A stretch of 64,000 nt of DNA from contig OZ059896.1 in assembly GCA_964057225.1 (NCBI GenBank), positions 7,688,001 through 7,752,000 of the forward strand. Reading direction: 5' to 3'. The notes below the pieces were generated by a model that had not been told where the DNA came from, did no database searches, and saw only the letters and a program-made list of their open reading frames with translations. Positions 25,112 to 36,097 of the stretch are shown here, in pieces. This DNA comes from Auanema rhodensis. Its lineage: Eukaryota > Animalia > Nematoda. Every line of letters starts with the position of its first letter. The first letter of the stretch is position 1. A program made the translations under genes and the position numbers.

Positions 25112-25739
25112 TCATATTTTTAACAAATTTATAATTATTATCGTTTGAATTGTCGTAATAAAAACTATGTTTTGTTATTTTCATATAATTACTCTGTAAC
25201 TACTATATCATATAGTTTAATGTATTTAGAGGTTAAAATGATGGGAGCAGACAAAACTATCAAATGTGGTATGCAGCTACTAATAGGAAGGGGACCTGCT
25301 GTATAGTTTATCCTATCAATATCCATGATATAAGCTTTTGTTGAATATTATTTGGAACACTGAATGAAAACTATCTGAATTTTAAAATAGTTCAAAAGAA
25401 AAGTACTTTATATCTATTTGGAAATTTGTAGTATATATGTATATATGATCAATAAATAAAATATATACATACATATTGTCTCTCTTTATTCTAATAATAA
25501 AGGGAAAAAAAGGAATTATAATGGAAATTTAACTATAAATATATCTTTTCGATGAAAACTGTTATGTATATTCTTAAAGTTTTTTGTTAGCATAACAGCA
25601 ACATATTCAATCAAAACCAAAATTTATGTGTATAATATAACATTGAAATGAACACAAATAAAATAAAATTCTTTGAATGTCTGTTTTTAAGAATAAACAT
25701 TAATATTCATTAGATTCTTTAATGTTGCTTTTTCTATTT
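25112..25739. repeat. Left arm of 628-bp inverted repeat
   Basis: Reverse complement of 26833-27460. Same length, and no mismatch in the stretches compared by eye. Confidence 0.95.
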
Positions 25740-25790
25740 TTTTTATTCAAATTTTGCAAAGATTTACAGAATTATTTCAGTTTTAAACTA

Positions 25791-26213
25791 TTATTCTCCA
25801 ACTTGCATGAACTTTAAGCTATTCATTGTTGAAGAGTAAATCAAAAGTCCTTTTAATAGTGAAGGTCTTCCAGGATCTATAATATTTTCAACTTAATTAC
25901 CATCCATTGAGTAAGTTGCTCTATCAAATAAGAACATTGGAGCATTATTAGTCAATGTAACTTCATCAGGGTCACTTAATGCACTAGAGTTTAATTTAGT
26001 CAATGATGCTTCTAAATAAATATAAGATTTATGAAGGAGATGGTATGAAATTTATCTCACCATGTTGATTCAAGTTAGAACCACTTGATGGAAAAATATT
26101 CACTAGATTTTCGTTGTTTTGCTTTGATCTAAAATAATAGGAGCATCAATGTTGAGGATTCTATCGAAAGCTTTCACCAATCCTGCGGATTTAGGAATCT
26201 TTGATTCTGTCAT
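25791..26213 (-). pseudogene. Maverick/Polinton (adintovirus hexon-like) major capsid protein, 5' fragment with frameshifts and stops
   Basis: Joined frames read ILNIDAPIILDQS../NIFPSSGSNLNQHGEINF../SYIYLEASLTK..VTLTNNAPMFLFDRATYSMDGN*VENIIDPGRPSLLKGLLIYS. This matches the Polinton capsid pattern SY(L/I)Y(I/L)E..L..NN...LF....Y...G..(I/V)E....G..S..KG.L.YS as I recall it. Intronless. Confidence 0.75.
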
Positions 26214-26258
26214 TTTGTAATTTATTTAGAAATTTTTTATTTATTATAAATATAATTA

Positions 26259-26754
26259 ATGAGAATGTTAACATTTTTAGTAATTCTGGTTATCCTACAA
26301 TTAGAAGAAGCGAAACCAATTTTGTATACTCCTAGTTCTCCAATTCATTATTTCAGAATTCCAAAATTACCAAAGTGCAATTATCTGTTTAAAAACTATA
26401 CTTCTGCTGTGAAGTATGAAGTATTCAAACCCAATATCACAGAATATGTTTCAGAATCAAAGTTGTGTAAGAAAATGACTTCAGAGGTGTCAATGTACAC
26501 AGATTTTTCTGGGTATGAGCATCTCATTGAAAAAGAAATAAACAATAGACCAATAAAAATATCAGAGTGTAGAGAAATGATCTCTTCGAAGAAGTGTAAT
26601 TACGGAAAACTACAAAAAAGTCTTAATGGAGTGTGGTCAACTAATAATATAAATTGATGAAAATTATCGTAATAGATTCACTAGCATGTTTTCTCCAAAG
26701 AGATATTATAAAGAAAATTGTGTGATTATTGAGACTAAGGTATTCGGACATTAA
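26259..26754 (+). pseudogene. Viral-type envelope/fusogen glycoprotein fragment (class III, gB-like, as in nematode Mavericks), frameshifted
   Basis: Intronless ORF with signal peptide and FRIPKLPKC, FKPNITEY..KLC, ECREMISSKKCNYGKL, WSTNN. Continues after a frameshift into ..YKENCVIIETKVFGH*. Confidence 0.65.
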
Positions 26755-26832
26755 AGAAATACATGTTAACCAATAGTGATTATTTTAGTTTTATCTTTTT
26801 TTTTACTAAAATACATTGTTTTCCATGTTTCC

Positions 26833-27460
26833 AAATAGAAAAAGCAACATTAAAGAATCTAATGAATATTAATGTTTATTCTTAAAAACAGACATTCAAA
26901 GAATTTTATTTTATTTGTGTTCATTTCAATGTTATATTATACACATAAATTTTGGTTTTGATTGAATATGTTGCTGTTATGCTAACAAAAAACTTTAAGA
27001 ATATACATAACAGTTTTCATCGAAAAGATATATTTATAGTTAAATTTCCATTATAATTCCTTTTTTTCCCTTTATTATTAGAATAAAGAGAGACAATATG
27101 TATGTATATATTTTATTTATTGATCATATATACATATATACTACAAATTTCCAAATAGATATAAAGTACTTTTCTTTTGAACTATTTTAAAATTCAGATA
27201 GTTTTCATTCAGTGTTCCAAATAATATTCAACAAAAGCTTATATCATGGATATTGATAGGATAAACTATACAGCAGGTCCCCTTCCTATTAGTAGCTGCA
27301 TACCACATTTGATAGTTTTGTCTGCTCCCATCATTTTAACCTCTAAATACATTAAACTATATGATATAGTAGTTACAGAGTAATTATATGAAAATAACAA
27401 AACATAGTTTTTATTACGACAATTCAAACGATAATAATTATAAATTTGTTAAAAATATGA
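26833..27460. repeat. Right arm of 628-bp inverted repeat
   Basis: Reverse complement of 25112-25739. Confidence 0.95.
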
Positions 27461-28009
27461 GTTCAAATAATGGCAATAGAAGTATAATTTCAAGAGATTT
27501 ATTTGTAAATTGTAAAGAACTGAAAACAACAGTGTTGTGCTATTACTAATTGTTTCGTTATTATGTATTTTGTGTTTGAAAAGCATATCAATACTACAGA
27601 ATTGTAAAAGGAGAGTCTTACAAGAAACAAGCTTTATATTACATATTTTATTATTATATAATGCACATACACTTCTTCGTCATAGTTCAGATTTGAAAAT
27701 ATATTGTGTTTTTTCTTGAAAAATAGTGTGATAAAGTAAGTTTTATTGGATTACTCATTCTATTGAGTCTTAGAAATTATTGAAATAAAATTTAATATTC
27801 ATATTCAAGAAATGCGTGCATACAGTAATCTGACATTTAAACGTAGAACGTGATGAATAATTTTTTTATTTTTAGATATACATATATATTATGTATTTTC
27901 ATAAAATGAGGAAGAGAAATAACATGTGATTTCAGCTGCTTCTTCCTATGTTCACGAATGTTTTACAGTAATCTATTGAGAGAATAAAGAACTATTATAA
28001 CATTCATAT

Positions 28010-28074
28010 ATGACGTCATGTCTCAATCTTCAAGAGAATTGTATGACGTCATGATGAGTAGAAGGATATAAAAA
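28010..28074 (+). promoter_or_regulatory. Two full CRE/ATF palindromes followed by a TATA box
   Basis: TGACGTCA at 28011-28018 and 28044-28051, both in TATGACGTCATG context. TATAAAA at 28067. Confidence 0.5.
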
Positions 28075-29310
28075 AGCTATAAGAAGCTGAAAAGATACTA
28101 TTATCACTTAGTTTCAATATAGCTTAGTATCAATCTACATGGTATTTTAGAATAGTTCTAAAAACGAACAATGGTTTATGATGATGGACAAGAATCAAAA
28201 GCAAATACTGAGAGCATTCAGTTATTTTCATGTAAGGACATAGTCAAAGCCACTGAATATAAATAGGAGATCGTTACACAGTGCTCTTCACAATCTTCTC
28301 TTCGTTTCGTTTCTGTTGAAACTATTTTTTTTTGAATTCTCTAGTACACTTAAAGTTTCGATTTTGAGAGTTCAATTGAGCTTTCAACGTGTCTCTTTAA
28401 AACATTTTCAAAAATACCTTTCTGTATATGCAACAGCAGATCATTTTTAAGATAAGTATTCTATCGTACCTGTACTAGTTTTTGCCAATCTATGACTCAG
28501 AAAAAAAAAAGATTTTTTCGAGCATAATATAAAGCTTAATCATTATCGTTTTATCGGAGGCTTATATGTAGTATAACAAGTTGTAATTGTATGACGACAT
28601 GTTTCAAATATCTCTTTTGTCCCAACCATATGATTACATCTCAAAAACTCTGCCAATGAGCGTGAACCAAGATTCGAAATTAATCAGCTTATCCAGTTTC
28701 AATGCGATGCAAGCGGGTCATGTTGAACCGAGAACTGTCATTTGGCAGCGGGATAAACTAGTTGGCAGAGACAAATTTTTTATCAACTTTGACAGAAAGA
28801 TTATCGGGCGATTAGTGTTATTTTCATAAATGTACCCCTGACTCTATATAAATAGGGAAAATGAGGAAATAACAGTTATGTTATATCATCGTTTTGAACT
28901 TATTTCCAAAATACAACTACTATACCTCAATACTTCCAGACAATCATCTTTTCAACTTAGGTTCTATTATTCTCCTATTATTTGAGATATCTAGTTCCTA
29001 ATGTAATGTATATTGACTTCTACCGTATCTTCTTTCTATTTAATAGTTCATGAAATTTAAGTTCTTATAAAGAAAAAATTGTTTACTTTTCTCTGAATAA
29101 GCAAAACATTGAATGCAATCTGTGCTTATTATGTTACAGAACATTAGCCCATTACTCTTCGCTCATATCTGCAAAATGTGAAGTCAGATTTGTACTCTTC
29201 CTACTTTTTCTCATTTTTGTATTTTAAAAACACATAGCTCACTCTGTTCTTATTGTTTAAATTTTATAATTTAACTGTTCTATTAAGCTTTAACTTCAAG
29301 AACTACCATT

Positions 29311-29950
29311 ATGAATACCTTCGTGAGCATTATTGGAAGCCTTCTTCTTATTTCTTCATTGGCAAGTGCGTGTCATTGTAAGTTGTTCGTTGTCATCATC
29401 CCCTTCTCCGTTCAACGTTTTGCCTTTTTTCGTTCACAGCTAATACTTAACCCTTGACATGAACAGTAGAGGATTGATAATGAACACACTGGAAACCCAA
29501 GCACTGGTTTACCCCTAACATCATCAGTTATTTCTCACATTTTCAGCTCTTCCTGCTGCTCAATATCTAGGAGAGAGAGCATACATGCTCCAACAACGTA
29601 TGGAGTGTAAGGGAGGAAAAGTATATGACATTGAAAACGTTCGGGTATATACAGTATGCATTGAAGTTTCAAGAAACAGATGTATTGTAGGATATTGAAC
29701 AATGTAAAGAAGCTTGTCGTCAATATGATTGCGATGCTGTCAATCTTTTCCAGTTAGGAGAATTTTCTTTCAAATGTGAAATTTTGAGTTACATTGATAC
29801 CATGGTTCCAGCCACCGTATGTTTTCAAAACCTTTAAATCTAAACCGCTTAACTACAAATTAGGGAGCCGCTTGTTATTATGCATCAGATGCTGGATCCA
29901 ATGGTGGATTTGGAGGTTATGGAGGATGGGGGCGATTCGGAAGAAAGTAA
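29311..29950 (+). CDS. Small secreted Cys-rich (PAN/apple-like) protein with Gly/aromatic-rich tail, 4 exons
   Basis: Signal peptide MNTFVSIIGSLLLISSLASA; ECKGG..DIEQCKEACRQYDCDAVNLF..KCEIL..ACYY; tail GGFGGYGGWGRFGRK*. Confidence 0.75.
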
Positions 29951-30331
29951 ATACTTTAATTTACTGTCGTCGCTTTGTATCTCATGTACAAATCTTATTT
30001 AATACACTATATTCATAACATAGATAATTATTGCAATAAATCTGTATATTAACATAACAACGCCCATTTCTTCAAATATAAAGGAATCGAATGAACACTT
30101 ATTATTTTTAAATGATATAAAACATAGAGAATAAATAATATTTATACAGGTATACACAAATGGAACAAACTTCAGAGATTAAGGCTTGGGTAATAGAATC
30201 TAACAATCACTACAGACAAGAACATGAAATTGATTTTGATAACCAGTATGCAAAAGTTAGTTTATTAACGTGTATTATTACATTTCATGTTTGTTCAGAG
30301 TAATACACGAGGGGATTCATATAATAATAAA

Positions 30332-33300
30332 TTACCGTCTGGACGATGACCTAGCTCGAGGGCGAGGTGGCTTCTGATGCGTAATGCGCTCGACGTCATT
30401 GAATAGAACTGCGGTTCCTCCTCCAGCAGTTGGAATACAATCACCCTGAATTTGAATTGTAACGGCTTCTAATTTATACTTTCAGGCAAACACCATGCTA
30501 CAATATGTGATTTTGAATTTCTTCAAACAAGCCGTTCCTCAATATCAGAGAAAGTGTTGGTAGCGTGTGCAGTAGATTCATGCAAATATCTACTATCAGA
30601 TAAGGCAACCTAAAGCTATAAAAGTGCAAGAAGTCTGCATCACATGCTTGATGACTACAATTAGTTAAAACGTGCTACAAGCAAAAAAAGTACGTCGATC
30701 TAACCTTAACTATACTAGTACTAATATTTCCTTCATCATCTACTTCCTGGTGAGTCAATACATATTCCGATGACTTTTGTAAATCAGACATCTTAAAAAT
30801 GCATAATTTTAAAATTAATTATTAACAAAAAAACCTCAGGCTTTGTGACATGTCTAGCGTTTGATGGATAATAAGGACGAAGTATTCCACCAGTTGGAAC
30901 TCTATTCAGTGGTTGATGATCGAGAATGCGAGAAGCAGATTTTGATCTTCTACGATATTTTGGATTCATATATCCCGGCCCCACAGGAGTAAGCCCATGT
31001 TTTCTATCGGAATTACGATCAGCTAAGTGAGAACTAGAAGAACTGATGTGTTTCTTCTGAAATTTGCATAATTACCAAAATTACAAATAAATTTGAATAC
31101 ATTGGCAGCTGAAGACGAGAGGGTAGTTGTGGGGGTGTTGTAATAGCCTATAGATAGTAAAGTTATATTTATTATAATATAAAGAAAATATACAACAATA
31201 TAATTACATAATTAATTCTATTTCCGAATTAATTAAATACTTCATAGTATTTCTTATAATATAAATAAAAATTACTAAAACTGTTAATCCATGTTATAAA
31301 ATTAATATAATTTATCGTTTACTTCTTTTAGCAAACTTACTCCTTAGCTGAGCTACACTGGGAGAAACACCATTTTCACATATATCGTGTACCTGAACAT
31401 ATATTTCATAAAACTATATATTTTCAAAAACGCTTACCGCCATCAATGTTTTTTCCTTTCTTCTCAAGTTTTCCTTAGTTTCTATTTTATCTCTATAATA
31501 TTCATCAATAGCTGCCAGGTTTTCATCTTGAGCTTCGACGCGCTGAACGCGTTCGCTTAATGAAGCATTTGCTCTCTATAATAAAAAGTTGATGCATAAA
31601 AACTATTTTTTTTACATACTTTCAATTGCTTATTTTTTGAGCTCATCTGTAAAATAGTACTGTTCAATTGATCTCTATCTGTTTTCAAGTTCTCAATTTC
31701 TTGTTTTAAATAATCATTTGAACACAGCACATTCCGTAAAGCTGGTTCAAGTTGGGACACTAAAATTAAACTGAAGCGAAAAAATGGAAGAGAAAATTTA
31801 CTTAAACTAGTCTGCTTCTGGTGTATTATTCTTGTATCCTCGTCCATTTTTCTATAATAGTCAAGGAGGTCTTTTATAACATTAACATCCTTGCATGTCT
31901 ATAAAAATTACGCAAATTAATAATTGGCGGAAATTATTTAATTACCTTCAGTGTAAATGTAGGTGGAGCGCTGATATCATAATCCTCCATATTCCAAGAA
32001 GCACACTCTTGCTCCATTTCAGAGTTCCATTTGAAATAAAAACGTCTTGGAACACGAGCTTCATTGTTTGTGCAGTCTAATCTATCTTCTCCTTTACTGA
32101 TTTTAACAGCTTGTGATTCTTCCGCGAAAGCCAAAACATTCTACAAATACAAACCCCTCCGTGTTTATAATTAAGAACTAAATATTACCAAATTTTCTTC
32201 AAAGTCTGACGGTTTAGGGTTTGCACATATGATCATTCTAACTTTTCCAGAGCCTTCGAAATAATTTTTGAATAAAAAGGTTAGTTTTGAATCTCGGTAT
32301 GGCACAGTTTCGATAAAAGAGTTTCGTTGGTTCTTTCTATCAATAATGTAAGATTAGGCTAATGTCTTATACAAATATCAAACCTGAGCTTATCTATGCA
32401 TTGTCTTAACACCATCAAACTTTTATTAATATTTGCAGCTTCGACCAATCGGTCACCAACATTATTAGTTCTCTTGGTTCTTAATAAACAAAACTTGAAA
32501 AATAATAAATATTAGTCTACCTTTCGCTTCCTGCTAAATCCACAAGACTTAATTGGCTTACAATAATTTGATTTGGATCGTTCACGGGGAAGAGATTGTC
32601 ATCTCGCACGGGAGCCATGACTAAGCGAACAGTGAATATAGAATGAGATCTTGAGGAATCTCGGTTAAGAGAAGTCTCAGCAGTTCTCCGTTTTTCTTCA
32701 CCTATAAAATTCTCTTAAGGAAAAGATTATTTATTACTTGAATACCTCTACAGAAAATTTCAAGAGCTTCGTCACTATTCTCAACTTCAACTTCTGTCAC
32801 ACCTTCGACGTATACCATATTTTTAGAATCAATACGGGCTTCCTTCTTGGTTAGAGTAATATTTTTTTCCAAAAGATCATAACAATAATTATTGAAAATT
32901 TCAATATAAGAAACAAAGACAGCACAGACATAATCATCAACATATCCAGGTACCTATTATTTCTCCGTTAAAATAAGTGTAAAAGTAATAACTCACAATA
33001 GATTGCTCCATATACCGATTTTCTACTTCTTGGCTGATGTCGAGTTTCTCCATTTCAAGTTGTTTCCTAGCTAAATGTGCCTCCACTTTACTTCGTATTC
33101 CAAATCCATTTTTTCCATTGGAATAGAAAACACATTTTGGTAACCTCCAAAAGTAAAATTAGCACGATATTAGCAAACTTTTTTACTTATTATCAATACT
33201 ATTGAAAATTACATCCAAAGTACGAGGAAGTATTCCAGAGCCTTCCGCTGTGGGTCTACCGGTCATTGTATACGTTTTACCACTACCAGTAACCTATGCA

Positions 33301-33803
33301 CAACAATAATAAATAACAAAATGTATCAAATAAACTCATACTCCATAAGTGAATAGTAAACCATTATATCCAGTTAACAATCCTTTGATCAAATCTTTTC
33401 CGCATCTTTCAAACACAGCCTTTTGATTATCGTTTTCATCAAAAACGTGAGAAAACTCATAAGCTTTCTCAGGCTATAAAGAATAATACTTTGAGAATTC
33501 AAAATTAACATCCTTACAAAAAGGCTGCCATCACGTTTTGTATATCCTTCTGGTGCGACACATTTAAGAATGTTATCATTCACTACACGAAGACAGGGAT
33601 TACGATCATTATAATTAGTGAGACGACAAACAACCTAAAAAAAATATAATAAAAATCAAAATATGATGCGAAATGATACTTCAACTGATTCTGTTGCATC
33701 TGATCCTTTCTTTTTTCCCCTGGCATCTCTACTATGCGCTCTAAAACACATAAGAAAAAATCAAAATATTGTCATTAAACTACCTTCTTTGAGCGCTTTC
33801 CAT
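30332..33803 (-). CDS. zen-4: Kinesin-6 MKLP1/KIF23 (centralspindlin), multi-exon
   Basis: [64 protein letters not shown] and tail [18 protein letters not shown]. Confidence 0.93.
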
Positions 33804-34256
33804 TTTCAGATGGATTTTCTAACAAAAGTGAAGAACCAGATGTATTTTATTATTTCTATAAATTGATATGTAAGGAGATTGAATATATAAACCATAGACA
33901 AACATTATCATTCAACAAATTTTCAATTTAGCAAGATTTTATTAAGGATAATACTTGTTTCATGTGAAATATCGAAGAAATTTGAATATAAACTTGAAAA
34001 AGTCAAAAGTTAAATTCTAGTTAAAGCCGTTTTGAATATTTTAAAGTCGCGGCGGACGCTTCTTAATATCGCGTTAGGACCATTTTGTACGTCCTTCAAT
34101 GACCAAGGTTAGCTATCATCTGCCGTCAAGGAATACCGTACGCAACAGACCGATTCCATTTATAAATATTTTCATTGTCGATCGAATTGAAATATATTTG
34201 AATATTTGCTTCTAATTCTGTATATTTTCAAGTTTCGTGCCGTAATTTCTTCTTAA

Positions 34257-34997
34257 ATGGGAAAAGGACGCGGTGCTCGTAATAATCAAGGTGGAAGATC
34301 TCGTCGATATCGTGATGTAGAAGAAGAGAGCGAACAGCCCAACTCTAATGCAGAAGAATCTGAAGAATGCTCCGACGAATCAGTTTCTGACGAAGAAAAT
34401 AATTTTGAATGGCCTTGCAAATTGGCTATGTATGACTTTAACCAGTGTGATCCCAAAAGATGTTCAGGACGTAAGCTGATGCGCGCTGGCATGATAGAGG
34501 AAGTCAGGTTAGGAGCTCGGTTTCCTGGATTAATCTTGAGTCCTACTGGAACTGCAACGTTATCTCCAAGAGATCGTGAATTTATTGCATCGAATGGACT
34601 TGGAGTAGTGGATTGTTCATGGAATGAAGTAGAGCGAACTCCTCTTCACAAAGTTAAAGCTCCGGAGCATCGCCTCTTACCATATTTGGTAGCTGCTAAT
34701 TCAGTAAATTACGGTCGTCCCTGTAAGCTCACTTGTGCTGAAGCCTTAGCTGCTGGATTATATATTGTTGGTTATCCCGATGCTGCTGAAAAGTTGATGA
34801 CTGCTTTCACTTGGGGCCCTCATTTTATCACATTAAATAAAGAGCTTTTGGATATGTACGCGGGGTGTGGATCAAGTGAAGAAATTATTGAAAAGCAGAA
34901 TTTATACCTGGAAAGGATAGAAAAAGAAGCAATAGAAGAAAAAAATCGTCCTATTGATTTGCCTCCTTCGGATAGTAGTGATTCAGAATATGAATAA
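34257..34997 (+). CDS. TSR3: 18S rRNA aminocarboxypropyltransferase, intronless
   Basis: LAMYDFNQCDPKRCSGRKL, VVDCSW, RLLPYLVAANSVNYGRPCKLTCAEALAA, FTWGPHF. Confidence 0.96.
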   Translation: MGKGRGARNNQGGRSRRYRDVEEESEQPNSNAEESEECSDESVSDEENNFEWPCKLAMYDFNQCDPKRCSGRKLMRAGMIEEVRLGARFPGLILSPTGTATLSPRDREFIASNGLGVVDCSWNEVERTPLHKVKAPEHRLLPYLVAANSVNYGRPCKLTCAEALAAGLYIVGYPDAAEKLMTAFTWGPHFITLNKELLDMYAGCGSSEEIIEKQNLYLERIEKEAIEEKNRPIDLPPSDSSDSEYE

Positions 34998-35076
34998 TTT
35001 TTTTTTGTTATAACTTGTTCTTCATTCATTTGTTTTGTTTGTTTTGTTATAGCATTGTAATAAATTAATTTTAGGT

Positions 35077-35967
35077 ATGGATGAAGAAATAGAACAATAT
35101 GAAGAAAACTTTGAATATTTAATCGATAAGGTGGATATAAGACAAGGAGCAGAAGCACGTATATACAATTGTACATTCTTAGGCAAACCAGCAGTTCTAA
35201 AAGAAAGGCATTTTGCAAAATCTGCACCGTCTTTTATTTCTTTCTTCTAATAGGTTCTCAAAGAAATATAGACATGAAACTCTTGATATTCATTTAAACC
35301 ATTCCCGCTTGAAACAAGAATTGAAATGCATGAACAAGGCTCAACAGGTAATCTGTTATTTAATAGCTTTATCCATGTTTTGTAGTTGGGTGTGGAAACA
35401 CCCGCCATATACTTTGTAGATAGTATCAAGAACCATATAATTATGAATCGAATAGAAGGTATTACTGCTAAAGAATCCATTGAGAACAAGAGATTATCGT
35501 CCTCGAAGCAGGAGTTTGAAGTTTGTAGTTTTGCTTAATGTTTTAAGTTTATGCACGAATTTTAGAACTATTTGATTCAATTAGGAGAGCAAATGGGTCT
35601 TTCTATAGGAAAGTTGCATGCTGGGTCACTGATTCACGGTGATTTAACGACGTCGAATATCCTTTTGAAAAATGAATCTATAGATCATTTAGTTTTTATT
35701 GATTTTGGGTTATCTCAACAGGGACAGGTGAAAATCTTTGAAAATGCAATATTTGAATACAAAAATATTCAGATAACATCCGAGGAAAAAGGCGTTGATT
35801 TATATGTATTGGAACGTGCTATCAACAGTACTCACAGGGATTCTGAAAAGCTATTTGAAGGCATTTGGGAGGGCTATAAAAAATCCAATCCCAAGAAATG
35901 GGAATCTCAACTTGCTAAATTAGAGGAAATTCGACAACGGGGAAGAAAGAGAGATATGGTTGGCTAA
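35077..35967 (+). CDS. TP53RK: KEOPS complex kinase Bud32/PRPK
   Basis: QGAEA, VLKERFSKKYRH, IHGDLTTSN, FIDFGL, EEKGVDLYVLERA, RGRKRDMVG*. Confidence 0.95.
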
Positions 35968-36097
35968 TTGTTAAATTTGTTGTTATTTTTGTTGGCTAGT
36001 ATAAAATATTCTGCGATTTATTCAATTATATCGAGATGTTAATTATCAATTGTACTTGTAACAAATTAAAAACAACTAGTTTAAATGTAATTGCTAG

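Larger units (their letters stand above)
25112..27460. mobile_element. Fold-back structure carrying Maverick/Polinton gene remnants (candidate non-autonomous derivative)
   Basis: 628-bp inverted arms around a 1093-bp core with divergent capsid-like and fusogen-like fragments. No TSD or AG/AGT-repeat terminus seen. Confidence 0.6.
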
